A stretch of DNA of 64,000 bases from an uncultured Methanomassiliicoccus sp. (GCA_964585915.1 CAZPFU010000001.1:31420-95419), one strand, 5' to 3'. Shown: positions 28,065 through 37,403, counted from the stretch's first letter. Numbers and translations are program-made. Notes: a model not told the origin generated them from the sequence alone.

Positions 28065-28886
28065 ATGGCCGAGACCAGACGTATTCCGTTCCTCACCATC
28101 TCCGAGTACGCCCCGCGCGTCTGGATCACCATGTCCGGCTGCAACCTGCGCTGCCGGGGCTGCTTCTCCATAGCCCGGGAGGAGGTGGGCGAGCCCATGA
28201 CCGTGCCGCAGCTGGTCGCGCTGGTCGAGACCTCCGCCCAGGAGCGTTTCGGAAAGGGACCGGAGGAGGTGGTGCTCACCGGAGGGGAACCAGCGCTGGA
28301 CCGGGAGTACCTGTTGCGGCTGATGTGGGCGCTGCGCAAGGTGTCCCGGGAGGTGGTGCTGCAGAGCAACGCCACCCTGCTGGAACCAGGGTTCCTCGAG
28401 GAGCTGCTGGCCACCGGCGTGGACCGCATCATCGTGGACCTCAAGGCCCTGGACGATGAGAAGCACGTATGGTACACCGGAACGTCCAACCGGGACCTGT
28501 TGAACAACCTGGCCTATGCCGCGCCGCGGGTGCCCATGGTGGTGAACACCCTGCTGATACCGGGGTTCGTGGAGGGCGAGGAGATTGTCGGGATGGCCAG
28601 GCTGTTGCGGTCGTTCGAACCGCTCGAGCTGGAATTCCGAATAAACCCGTTCCGGGCCGACCTTTCCCCGGAAAGGATGTCCCGCACCCCGTCCGACCAG
28701 GAGCTGGAGGCGGTGGCCGAGCGGTGCCGACAGGAGTATCCGGGGACGGTGAGCAGCCGCAGCTGCCTCCGGGAGAGCCGCGGGGGGCCCAGCAAGACCT
28801 GGCTGACCGTATACCCGGACGGGAGTACGGAGCGCCGGGGCTTGCAGGACTATCGTCAGCAGAACCGGATGATGTTCCGGTCCTAG
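28065..28886 (+). CDS. Radical SAM protein (activase-like)
   Basis: CNLRCRGCF (CxxxCxxC) near the N-terminus and a GGEPAL motif. Confidence 0.7.
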   Translation: MAETRRIPFLTISEYAPRVWITMSGCNLRCRGCFSIAREEVGEPMTVPQLVALVETSAQERFGKGPEEVVLTGGEPALDREYLLRLMWALRKVSREVVLQSNATLLEPGFLEELLATGVDRIIVDLKALDDEKHVWYTGTSNRDLLNNLAYAAPRVPMVVNTLLIPGFVEGEEIVGMARLLRSFEPLELEFRINPFRADLSPERMSRTPSDQELEAVAERCRQEYPGTVSSRSCLRESRGGPSKTWLTVYPDGSTERRGLQDYRQQNRMMFRS

Positions 28887-29428
28887 AGCTCGAAGCCCAT
28901 CTCGGCGATGTGCAGTTCCGCGCGCTTCCGCTCCAGGAACTTGTACACCGTGGCGTGCTCGCTGCCGCTGAGCAGCATGTCCACGGCGTTTCGCGCCACG
29001 GGCATCTGCACGGAGTTGCCGATGATGCCCACGGTGTCGCCGTAAACGGAAAGGTGAACCCCGACCAGGTCCTCGATTATGCGGCGGGTCTTGCCGCCGG
29101 CACCGATCACCCGGGCGCGCATGCGCACCAGCTGGTTGGTCCCCTTGCCAACGTAATCGTCGATGTTCATTATCTCCAGGTACTCGTCGTCATCCAGAAG
29201 CCGGAACGCCTTGTGCGGCGCGAAACCGCGGCCGATGGCCTTCACGATGTCCATGACCTTCAGCGGAAGGAGCGGGTCCTCGGTCTTCGTCTCGTCGAAG
29301 GACACCTCGCCCTCCTCGGCGTCGATGGTGATCTTGAGACCGGTCTTCTCCTCCAGGTACCTCTTGGTCTCGCCGCCCTGGCCGATGAGCACGCCCACGC
29401 GCTCCTTGGGAACTTTAACGATCTTCAT
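28883..29428 (-). CDS. Tandem KH-domain RNA-binding protein (archaeal Dim2/Pno1-like)
   Basis: Start at MKIVKVPKERVGVLIGQGGETK (GxxG). The second KH domain reads IGAGGKTRRIIE. ATGA overlap with the rio1 stop. Confidence 0.7.
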   Translation of the reverse strand: MKIVKVPKERVGVLIGQGGETKRYLEEKTGLKITIDAEEGEVSFDETKTEDPLLPLKVMDIVKAIGRGFAPHKAFRLLDDDEYLEIMNIDDYVGKGTNQLVRMRARVIGAGGKTRRIIEDLVGVHLSVYGDTVGIIGNSVQMPVARNAVDMLLSGSEHATVYKFLERKRAELHIAEMGFEL

Positions 29429-30216
29429 TTCTCTCTGACCCCCTGTACGTACTTCAGGACGGTCTCGTCGCTCCACACCTTGATGTCGAGGTTGCGGAAG
29501 TAGCGGTTGATGTTCTTGACATCCCTTTTCAGGAACTCGATGGCGTTGGGATGGTCGGTGAGCATGGCCTGCCCGCAGTCGATGATGTACGGCATGCCGT
29601 CATGCATCAGGATGTTGTACTCGCTGAGGTCGCCGTGCACCAGCTTGGCCTTCTGGAAGGCCCTCTTCATGAATCGGATGATCTCCCGGTACACCTTCTG
29701 CGGTTCGTCCAGACGAACCGAACGAAGCTGCGGAGCGGCCATCACCGCATCGCCGAGGTAATCCATGACTATGATGTTCTTCATGAAACGTCTGGGATGA
29801 GGAACGCGCACCCCGGCCTGCTCCAGCCGGTTGAGGTTCTTGAACTCCTTGGTGCACCAGGCGTAGATGAGCTTGCGCGGGTTGCCGGTAAGGCCTTTGA
29901 AGCGGGTGTCGCCCTCTATGTACTTGGAGATGTTCTTGAAGGTGGCGTTGGATGTTCGGTATATCTTAAGCGCCACCAAGGTTCCGTCCGGGGCCGTGGC
30001 CCGGAAGACGTTGCCTTCCTTGCCGGTGGACACCGGGAAATCCACGCTGGCGATGCGCTTCTCGCAGGTCAGTTTGAAAATGACGCCCAGGGTGAGGTTG
30101 TCGAAGACCTCTTCCATTACTTTACGTCCTTCCTGCGAGCTTTCGAACGAGCGGGTCAGGCGGAGCTTATCCACCTTCCGGTCCAGCTTGAGGATGTTCT
30201 TGTCCTCTTGTGGCAT
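29425..30216 (-). CDS. rio1: RIO1-type serine protein kinase
   Basis: STGKEGNVF, LVHGDLSEYNIL and IIDCGQAM. Confidence 0.85.
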   Translation of the reverse strand: MPQEDKNILKLDRKVDKLRLTRSFESSQEGRKVMEEVFDNLTLGVIFKLTCEKRIASVDFPVSTGKEGNVFRATAPDGTLVALKIYRTSNATFKNISKYIEGDTRFKGLTGNPRKLIYAWCTKEFKNLNRLEQAGVRVPHPRRFMKNIIVMDYLGDAVMAAPQLRSVRLDEPQKVYREIIRFMKRAFQKAKLVHGDLSEYNILMHDGMPYIIDCGQAMLTDHPNAIEFLKRDVKNINRYFRNLDIKVWSDETVLKYVQGVREK

Positions 30217-30223
30217 ATCTCCC

Positions 30224-30565
30224 TCAGAATATGTCCAAGTTCTTCGGCAGAACCTTCTTGCGGCTCAGATGGCTCGCTTGGGTTTTAGTGTAACGGTAGA
30301 GGACGTCGCACTTGTCCTCCTGGAAGTCCCAGGGGCGGACTATGACGAGGTCTCCCTCGCGGATCCACATCCTCTTCTTGATCTTCCCGGGAATGCGGCC
30401 CATGCGGGACTTTCCATCGGCGCACATGATCTTGATGCGGGATGCGCCCAGCAGCTGGTCCGCTATCCCGAACATCTCGCCCTCTTTCTTGTTCGGGTAC
30501 GGGAGGCGAAGTATCTCTTCGCTCTCAGCGCCTTGGTCCCCCTGGGTGTAAGGTTCGTTGCTCAA
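30224..30565 (-). CDS. eif1a: Translation initiation factor aIF-1A
   Basis: EGEMFGIADQLLGASRIKIMCADGKSRMGRIPGKIKKRMWIREGDLVIV is classical eIF1A. I prefer the TTG start at 30565, which is preceded by GGAGG. The ORF-track ATG at 30616 sits in a TTATATA box-like sequence. Confidence 0.8.
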   Translation of the reverse strand: MSNEPYTQGDQGAESEEILRLPYPNKKEGEMFGIADQLLGASRIKIMCADGKSRMGRIPGKIKKRMWIREGDLVIVRPWDFQEDKCDVLYRYTKTQASHLSRKKVLPKNLDIF

Positions 30566-30665
30566 TGGAATCCTCCAATGGTAAGTTTCCTTTAAACCCG
30601 TTCCTCTATATAACATTGGTGTAACGGGGTCAAGATGTCAGGCGTGCTGGGATGATGGCGCTTGT

Positions 30666-31505
30666 TCATTCCAGGGCGCTCTGGATTATCTTGGTCATGT
30701 CATCGATGTTGTACGCCGTTCCACAGTACGAACAGAACTTGAGGCCCTCCTTCTTGGAGTCCTTGTCGATGGTGATGCTGGCTCCGCAGGAGGAGCACTT
30801 GTAGGGGATGGCTAGACCTTTCGTTCCCACCTGGTCGATGAGCTCGTTCATGTCCACGGTGATATGTTTTATGACCTTCTGATCGTCCAGTCGGCGCATG
30901 CGTCCGGCCTCTTCCCAGAAGCGGTACTTCTCCATTATGACGGCGGCCTTCTCGAAGTTCCCGGCCTTCTCCATGTTCTTGGCCATTACCAGGTCGTTGA
31001 TCATGGACTCCTCGGGCAGCTTGTTCGGGTTATCCTGCTTCCAGGACCTGATGAGCTTGCCTAGCCAGGGGTCCCCGTTCTCCAGCCCCTCCACCCTGCT
31101 CATGTAAGCGTACGCGTTCGCCTCTTCGCTCTGCTTCTGCTTGATCGCCGCGTCCTGAGCCTCCTGGGCCAGGACCTTCTGGCATTCAGCGCACGCATAT
31201 CCATAGGCGGAGCTGTGCCTCTTCTTCAACGCGGGAATTATCCCCGCCCCCATCACCGGGGCCATGACTATAAGAAGAATGACCGACAAGGCGATGTACT
31301 CCAATCCAAGAGGAATATAATCACCAAATATGTCCTTCACCCAGGGCTCTTCTGAGATGTACAAGAGATTGAAGAAGAACGTGATCATTAGATAGCCGAT
31401 CATCAGAGCGGCGATGGCGGTGGCGACGGATACTTCATAGAAAGGCTTTCCACATCGCTTGCATTTGCCATCCGAGATGAAGAAACCGGAGGTATCCGAA
31501 GGCAT
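30666..31505 (-). CDS. Hypothetical membrane protein with zinc-ribbon motifs
   Basis: CKRCGKPF at the N-terminus, three TM segments, CAECQKV, and a C-terminal CSSCGASI...CSYCGTAY. Confidence 0.5.
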   Translation of the reverse strand: MPSDTSGFFISDGKCKRCGKPFYEVSVATAIAALMIGYLMITFFFNLLYISEEPWVKDIFGDYIPLGLEYIALSVILLIVMAPVMGAGIIPALKKRHSSAYGYACAECQKVLAQEAQDAAIKQKQSEEANAYAYMSRVEGLENGDPWLGKLIRSWKQDNPNKLPEESMINDLVMAKNMEKAGNFEKAAVIMEKYRFWEEAGRMRRLDDQKVIKHITVDMNELIDQVGTKGLAIPYKCSSCGASITIDKDSKKEGLKFCSYCGTAYNIDDMTKIIQSALE

Positions 31506-31626
31506 GAAACGTTCGAAGTGCGATTTTTATTATTAAATATATTTGTTGAGTACCCCAAACACCATCGACCAGTTTCAGTGAGACGTGCCAGTTTTCCAAT
31601 GGGGAGCGTGAAGGATTGCACCAAGG

Positions 31627-31641
31627 TTTAAGTAATAATTT
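31627..31641 (+). promoter_or_regulatory. TATA-box-like element for tRNA-Glu
   Basis: TTTAAGTAATAATTT is centred about 28 nt upstream of tRNA position 1, the usual archaeal spacing. Confidence 0.4.
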
Positions 31642-31661
31642 CCATATCAAGCGCCATCCAC

Positions 31662-31761
31662 GCTCCCGTAGTGTAGTCCGGCCAATCATTCCGCCCTTTC
31701 GACATCGCTGCAAAGCGGTGGAAGGTAGGCGAAGACCCGGGTTCGAATCCCGGCGGGAGCA
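31662..31761 (+). tRNA. tRNA-Glu (anticodon UUC) with a ~25-nt intron after position 37
   Basis: Acceptor stem GCTCCCG/CGGGAGC plus discriminator A. D-arm GTGTAGTCCGGCCAATCAT. Anticodon stem CCGCC/GGCGA (one C-A mismatch) and loop CTTTCG|A. The insert ACATCGCTGCAAAGCGGTGGAAGGT folds as AUCGCU-GCAA-AGCGGU, with CUUUC/GGAAG pairing and 3-nt bulges (bulge-helix-bulge-like). T-arm CCGGG-TTCGAAT-CCCGG. Confidence 0.8.
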
Positions 31762-31809
31762 CTTTTTTACCGTCAAAAAATTGATATAGCCATACGTCTT
31801 TTTAGTATC

Positions 31810-32409
31810 ATGGAAGGCCTGAAAAAAACGTCAGACAAACTGTCGGACAAGAAGGCTTCCGGCCGCCCTAATCAGGGCAAGACCGAGACGATAAGGCAGC
31901 GGAAGATAGACGTTTATCTGCCTACGGTGGAGCTCATGCAGCAGTGGAAGAAGGCGGCCGAGGTCTCGGGCATGCCCCTTTCGAAATACATCCTGGAGGT
32001 GGTGGAGCAGCACCGCATGGGTGCGGTGAGGGTCACCATGCCCCCGGCTTTGCTGGAGGAGAAAGCCAACAAGCTGGAGAAGGAGCTGGCAGCGCTTCAA
32101 ATGCGCTTTGATACGCTGAACTTGGCCTTCCACAACCAGGAGGTCGAGCTTTCCCGGTTATCCAGCGCCTATCAGAGCGCCAAGGGCGGAAGCGTGGACG
32201 TCACCATGGTCAGGAGTTTGATCCAGGCATTACAGAGAGGTCCGAAGGGCGGCATGCACATAATCGACCTGATGGAATCGATGCAGTTGGACAAGAACGA
32301 CAACGACATGATCAACAGATGGAGCGACGGACTGAACTTCCTTCTGGACGTAGGATTGATTTCTAAAGACACCAACACCGGTAACCTATGGTGGAAGAAT
32401 GCCCGCTGA
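31810..32409 (+). CDS. Hypothetical coiled-coil protein upstream of the integrase (possible RHH-type regulator or excisionase)
   Basis: 199 aa. The segment KIDVYLPTVELMQQWKKAAEVSGMPLSKYILEVVEQH looks RHH-like. It overlaps the integrase start by 11 nt. Confidence 0.45.
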   Translation: MEGLKKTSDKLSDKKASGRPNQGKTETIRQRKIDVYLPTVELMQQWKKAAEVSGMPLSKYILEVVEQHRMGAVRVTMPPALLEEKANKLEKELAALQMRFDTLNLAFHNQEVELSRLSSAYQSAKGGSVDVTMVRSLIQALQRGPKGGMHIIDLMESMQLDKNDNDMINRWSDGLNFLLDVGLISKDTNTGNLWWKNAR

Positions 32410-33394
32410 ATCGATCCGCGTGCCGAAGATGATGAGCAGCGTCCTTCTCGACCCGGAAATGTTCGACTTGTTGGACCAGTTCAAGACCGAGTGCAACCTG
32501 CAGGGCATGAGCAAGAGCTCTACCACCAGTTACGTTTCGTCGATGCGCATCTTCATGTTCTTCCTGATGTCCAAGCGCAAGACGGTCTTCGAAGTAGATA
32601 AGGATGTCCTGAAGTCATACATCGACTACCTGATCAATCAGAGGAAGATCGCCTACCGCACGCTGAGCTACAACTTCTCCGCCTTAGCCGCATTCTACGA
32701 GTGGCTGCTGTTTGAGAACAAGATAAAAGAGAATCCGGTGCAGGCGGTGCGGAAGCGGTATCTTAAACGGTACAAGAACGGGGAAGGGATGCAGCAAGAG
32801 GGCCGCAAGCTTATCTCCGTCGAGGAGATGGCCATGCTCGTAAGGTCGATCGTCAGTTTGCTCGACCGGGCGATCGTGGTCACCTTGGCCAAGACCGGGG
32901 TGAGAAGAGGCGAGCTTATCAGTTTGGACGTTGACGACATCGATTGGCAGAAAATGTCCATCAAGCTCAAGCCCACGGCCAAGCGGAGCAACCGGCTGGT
33001 GTTCTTTGACGAGGAGGCGAAGCAGGTGCTGATGGAGTGGATGAACATGCGCCGCCTATACGCTCGTCCCGATTCCAAGGCCCTTTTCATCAGCCAGAGC
33101 GGCGGAAGGCTGAACAAGAACCATGTTTACGATATCGTGGTCCTGCACGCGGGACTGGTCGGCCTACACGATGCGAGCTCGGACAAGCTGGATGAACATT
33201 TCACACCCCACTGCTGCCGTCACTGGTTTACTACACACCTCAGAAGGGCGGGAATGCAGCGTGAGCACATTCAGGAGCTCAGAGGCGACTCACGCCCGGA
33301 CGCCATCGACATCTACTACCACATCGACCCGGAGGACCTCCGGTTGGCCTATCTGGCGTTCATACCGAAGTTGGGGCTGGGTTCAACGAGATAA
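32399..33394 (+). CDS. Tyrosine recombinase / integrase (XerC/D-like)
   Basis: N-terminal SAM-like core-binding domain. The catalytic region has TGVRRGELISL (Arg) and HCCRHWFTTHLRRAGMQREHIQELRGDSRPDAIDIYYH (H-x-x-R ... Y). Confidence 0.85.
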   Translation: MPAESIRVPKMMSSVLLDPEMFDLLDQFKTECNLQGMSKSSTTSYVSSMRIFMFFLMSKRKTVFEVDKDVLKSYIDYLINQRKIAYRTLSYNFSALAAFYEWLLFENKIKENPVQAVRKRYLKRYKNGEGMQQEGRKLISVEEMAMLVRSIVSLLDRAIVVTLAKTGVRRGELISLDVDDIDWQKMSIKLKPTAKRSNRLVFFDEEAKQVLMEWMNMRRLYARPDSKALFISQSGGRLNKNHVYDIVVLHAGLVGLHDASSDKLDEHFTPHCCRHWFTTHLRRAGMQREHIQELRGDSRPDAIDIYYHIDPEDLRLAYLAFIPKLGLGSTR

Positions 33395-33398
33395 TATT

Positions 33399-33709
33399 AT
33401 GGGAAAGAGCAAGAAGAAAGAAAGGAAGGCGAATGTTGACCCTGAGAATCTTGAAATCGAGGATGTGGTCGCCATCGAATGGTATGATGTTCACGCGTAT
33501 GAGCGAATTGAACTAGCGAAATCGATGATCTCGCAGAGCCCGAAGCTACTCGTTGTTGGGGCGCGGTCGTCCGAAAGGGGAAGAATTTCTTGTTCATCGC
33601 CTCAGAAATTGGCGATCGGGAATCGGATGGTGTATGGATAGAAGCCATCCCTTACAACATGATCGAGGCCTGCAAGGTGATTGACAGAGTCAAGATAGAT
33701 GACTCTTGA
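33399..33709 (+). pseudogene. Frameshifted copy of the small gene at 52113-52424
   Basis: Frame 1 reads MGKSKKKERK...VAIEWYDVHAYERIE. After about 33511-33515 the homology continues in another frame: SEIDDLAEPEATRCWGAVVRKGKNFLFIASEIGDRESDGVWIEAIPYNMIEACKVIDRVKIDDS*. The intact copy reads ...VEIRWCDVHAYERIEMSEIDELDEPEPTVCWGAIVRRGDNYLFIASEIGDKDSDGVWVEAIPYRLIESCKLIG. Confidence 0.7.
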
Positions 33710-33906
33710 ACCCACCCAAGATAATCGTAGATCAATGGAACATTAATTGGCTTACAAATTCACAGCCCATTATAGGTTCGAATCAACTCTCTCACTCAAT
33801 CGTGCTGGGTGATATTGGCAGAACTGAAAAATTCCTTTTATTCCCTTTCTCTTATCTTTTCTCACTAACAAATTTGATCAATCCATCAACATTCAGTCTA
33901 TACTTA

Positions 33907-36900
33907 CTACTCCTTCTCAAATCCCTGACTCGTGAATTTTAGAGTCTTGCCATTTTCCGTTACAGTACGGACCACGTTATCTGGGACTCCACTGGGAATT
34001 TCAGCTTCTATCTCTAAGGTAACCTTGACATTGGAATTAACTAATCCAGCTAAGTGGGAAATGACTTCGTCTGCAATTTTACTAGCATCTCTTCCAACTC
34101 GTGCTGAATCTAGCGTAACACTCGCATGGAATCGTTTTGGTAACGAATTCCCAGGAGGTGAAACATCTCCCTTGACAATCTCAACCTCGGCCTCTGCAGC
34201 CAAATCATCAATCTCTGCAGTTACTACGAACTCTCCTTCTTTCTGACCGGCCAGGAAGAGACCGTCTTCCGTTATTGTGCCGCCTTGAGCAAACCATTTT
34301 GCTTTGGATAGTTTCTTAGAATAGCCACCTTTTTCAAAGGCTTGCAGAAAGAACGAGATCTGCGTACCTGGATTCACTTTCAAATGGGCAGGTGTAATTT
34401 CCAAACGAACTGGTTTGATTTCAATTTGGCCTTCCGCAATTTCAGATTTCACTAGCAGCCCAGAATTACCCTCTTGAATCGAAACGCTTTGCCCTCCCCT
34501 TAACCCCCGGTAGTGATGAGTCACATCGTCATAGCTATCTGCATAAGCGAACGTGTCCACAACCCAGGTTAAGAGCCTCAATCCATCACAAATTGCGTTT
34601 ATAAGCACTGTCGCGTTTTTTAACTTAGGCAGGTATAGATATGATGCAAAGTCCTCTTCAAGTTGTTTTATTGAGACACTTTCCCCTCTCCATAGTGGAA
34701 TTTTATCAAGGTCCATTCTAAGGCGTGTTCCAGCAAGGACGGTGACTAATAATTCTTCACTTTTCAATTTCTTGCTAGCCCGGACTGCTAATTCATCTTG
34801 CCCAGTGAGACGTATTGATAACAATTCCACGGTAGATTTAGGCGTTTGTTGAATTGGTACTAACAACCATTGATATGTTTCCGGAATTTGGGCTGTTACC
34901 GTTCTATCAACCATATCTTTCTGTGTCAGGGCTTGTTTTACCTGATGTGGCGTGAGATCGAGCACATCCTTTTCTGCGAGTATTGATTCCCAGGCAAGAT
35001 ATTTTCTGATGACTTCGTCAAGGTCCTGTAAGCGCGTCTTATCAGCTGCAAGGAAAATCAAGGTATTGCGGTATATACGCGAATTACTTCCACGAGTCTC
35101 AAGTATTTTTTTAGCAAATGTTTCTGCTGGGTTTCCAGATTCTTTACTATATGCATGATTTATTCCAAGAACAACTAGTTTGATTTCATAGGACTCGGGT
35201 ACATCGCCGCTAGATGTGGGTAAAGGATGCACGCGGTCAAAATCGCCTGTTTTTCTGAGGTCGTTTCTGAGACGTCTATCGAGTTCATACTCAACTTTTT
35301 CCGGGTCTCTTTTAAACTGCTCAGCTCGATCATCTGCCAATTTTGTTACCGTCGGCTGGGTAGAGTACCAATATCGGGGCCCATCTTGGTATAAATATGT
35401 GGCAGAAGAAGCTAATCGCCTCAATGCATCTCCAAAGACAGCCGGAGTTTCACCGGGAACGACACATCCCAATTTGATTCGGCGATCCTCTAATCCTCGA
35501 TTTGCGGCTGACGGATTTGGGGCTGAGCCTAGGTAAATTGTACGAGCTACGCGGCGACTTGCTGCAAACTTCCCCAGATTTGGAACCTCCGCATCAATCT
35601 GGAGTGGCAGTGAATTTGGACCGTCTACATCCTTCTCAATAATTGGAATCCAGTTGTCTGAAAGGTATCGAGTTAGTTCAAATTGGACACGTTGATCCTC
35701 GATAGGTATACTTGCAGGCATGATGAGCGCGTTCCTGTCTCCTTTTTCCCAAAGACAGTAAATGACGGCAGCCATTAATCGCAGTACGCCACGTGTTCGT
35801 TGAAATTTTACCAAGGTTGACCAATCTGAGTAGAGTCTATCGAAGACCTCGGGATGGATTGGATAGGCTGCCCTCAGACGTTTTTCATATTCAATATCAT
35901 GACACTCTGGTGGAAATTCTTGTTGTTGGCTACGGTAAAGATCTGCAAAAGCTCTTGCTATAATATCTCGATCTTTAAATTGATCCGGATCGGTCATTGG
36001 CTCGAATAATCTACGACGAACGATCTCAAATCCTTCCTCAGCACTTGCTGGCCTCCAGGTGGCTTCGACACGACCGACCACATTACGAAGTCGATCCAGG
36101 GCTTCTCTTCCCCGCTGACCTCCAACCTCGACATCATCAGCCTGCGTGTGTGGTGATCCCGATGTGTCCGAAGCTGGAAGGCTGATGACTAACATGCTGT
36201 TCTTCGCCAGTTTAACTGATTCTGTTAGGGCCTGGGCGAAACTAAATTGCGTCTCAAAACTACCAGCGGGAAGATCGCTATTGTCATGAAGCTGGCGAGC
36301 ATATGCCACCCATTCGTCAATAAGAATGATACAAGGCCCATATTCGTTGAAGAGCTCCCTTAATACATCGCCCGGGTTTGTAGCTTTTTCATCATCCGCT
36401 TTAATCCGCTCAAAGGCCTTTCTACCACCCAGTTGCCAAGCTATTTCTCCCCACAGGGTCCTAACGATTGTACCGTCCGGTTTGGTCATAGGATTGCCTG
36501 GAGATATCTTATTTCCAACCAATACCACCCGGTTCGCCTTTGGTATAGTCTTAATCCCCGATTCAATGAGCACGTGATCGATACCCAATAGTTCGCTCGA
36601 TTTTGCCTTCCCAGAAAACAGATGGTAGAGGGCAAGCATTGAATGAGTCTTTCCCCCACCGAAATTTGTTTGAAGTTGGACCACTGGGTCTCCCCCCTCA
36701 CCAGAGAGTCGCTGCAATCCATTCAATAATAGTCGATTAAGGCTCTCTGTAAGATAGGTACGCCGAAAGAATTCCACTGGATTCCGATATTCATCCGTTC
36801 CTTCACCAAGATGGACTTGCCAGAGATCTGCTGCGAATTCTGCTTGCTGGAAACGACCGCTGGCTACATCCTTATGCGGGATGATAATTTCGCGCCACGG

Positions 36901-37398
36901 CTTAAGAGTGCTCGTGACACCCTCAACTGAAATACTGGCTGTTTTCCGACGTTCACTTCTTGCTTGTTCATCAAAAATCAAGCGGCGGAGCTCCATTTTC
37001 ATTTTTCTAATTTCTTCTGCTTGGGGTGCAGAAATTGCAGTTAGTAGCCTCTCAACGGAGTCTAGCGCACGGTCTGTATCATCGCTGGAAAATGCCTCCT
37101 GGTGTGCCCACTTGTTGCGTACTTCCCTAAGTTCACTAACTAAGCTGCGTTCAGCATAACCAAAGATATTACGGAATATATCGTTCCAGGTATTCCAGAT
37201 TAATTTGAGCAGTGCGGCAGAGTCCCAATCTGAAATTGGCTTCTTTATTAGTGGATCGTTCTCATCGAGTGAAATAATGGCCTGCGAAATAGCCTTTTCC
37301 TTATACACATTCTGGAATTCCCGTTCAACGAATGGCCCAAGACCGCCCCTTAGTAATTCCAACGCCTTTCCAATTCGTTCATGATTGGTCATAGCCAT
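33907..37398 (-). CDS. DUF499-family ATPase with an N-terminal Swt1-like HEPN domain
   Basis: Start placed at MAMTNHERIGKALELL (GGAGG lies 9 nt upstream). HEPN motif RNKWAH (37102-37119). Walker A NFGGGKTHSML. Walker B CIILIDEWVAY. C-terminal tail typical of DUF499. Confidence 0.8.
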   Translation of the reverse strand: MAMTNHERIGKALELLRGGLGPFVEREFQNVYKEKAISQAIISLDENDPLIKKPISDWDSAALLKLIWNTWNDIFRNIFGYAERSLVSELREVRNKWAHQEAFSSDDTDRALDSVERLLTAISAPQAEEIRKMKMELRRLIFDEQARSERRKTASISVEGVTSTLKPWREIIIPHKDVASGRFQQAEFAADLWQVHLGEGTDEYRNPVEFFRRTYLTESLNRLLLNGLQRLSGEGGDPVVQLQTNFGGGKTHSMLALYHLFSGKAKSSELLGIDHVLIESGIKTIPKANRVVLVGNKISPGNPMTKPDGTIVRTLWGEIAWQLGGRKAFERIKADDEKATNPGDVLRELFNEYGPCIILIDEWVAYARQLHDNSDLPAGSFETQFSFAQALTESVKLAKNSMLVISLPASDTSGSPHTQADDVEVGGQRGREALDRLRNVVGRVEATWRPASAEEGFEIVRRRLFEPMTDPDQFKDRDIIARAFADLYRSQQQEFPPECHDIEYEKRLRAAYPIHPEVFDRLYSDWSTLVKFQRTRGVLRLMAAVIYCLWEKGDRNALIMPASIPIEDQRVQFELTRYLSDNWIPIIEKDVDGPNSLPLQIDAEVPNLGKFAASRRVARTIYLGSAPNPSAANRGLEDRRIKLGCVVPGETPAVFGDALRRLASSATYLYQDGPRYWYSTQPTVTKLADDRAEQFKRDPEKVEYELDRRLRNDLRKTGDFDRVHPLPTSSGDVPESYEIKLVVLGINHAYSKESGNPAETFAKKILETRGSNSRIYRNTLIFLAADKTRLQDLDEVIRKYLAWESILAEKDVLDLTPHQVKQALTQKDMVDRTVTAQIPETYQWLLVPIQQTPKSTVELLSIRLTGQDELAVRASKKLKSEELLVTVLAGTRLRMDLDKIPLWRGESVSIKQLEEDFASYLYLPKLKNATVLINAICDGLRLLTWVVDTFAYADSYDDVTHHYRGLRGGQSVSIQEGNSGLLVKSEIAEGQIEIKPVRLEITPAHLKVNPGTQISFFLQAFEKGGYSKKLSKAKWFAQGGTITEDGLFLAGQKEGEFVVTAEIDDLAAEAEVEIVKGDVSPPGNSLPKRFHASVTLDSARVGRDASKIADEVISHLAGLVNSNVKVTLEIEAEIPSGVPDNVVRTVTENGKTLKFTSQGFEKE

Positions 37399-37403
37399 GG
37401 TTT

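Noticed and set aside
28469-29503. 344-aa plus-strand ORF across the radical-SAM 3' end and the KH gene
   Set aside because: It is low-complexity (Gly/Ala/Pro/His). It conflicts with the well-supported radical SAM gene (same strand, different frame) and with the KH and Rio1 genes.
30566-30616. N-terminal extension of aIF-1A from the ORF-track ATG at 30616
   Set aside because: The ATG lies within a TTATATA-like sequence and the extension (MLYRGTGLKETYHWRIP) is not part of conserved eIF1A. A TTG preceded by GGAGG at 30565 gives a protein of normal length. The extension is kept only as an alternative.
31435-31776. 113-aa minus-strand ORF covering tRNA-Glu
   Set aside because: It overlaps a well-formed tRNA and its promoter. 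The translation has no features of a real protein.
33775-33784. GGTTCGAATC (T-loop consensus, identical to 10 nt of tRNA-Glu) at the GC/AT composition boundary, a possible att or tRNA remnant
   Set aside because: Only 10 nt match. The flanking bases cannot form a T-stem (ATAGG versus CAACT) and do not extend the match to the tRNA-Glu 3' end. A 10-mer match in 64 kb is plausible by chance.
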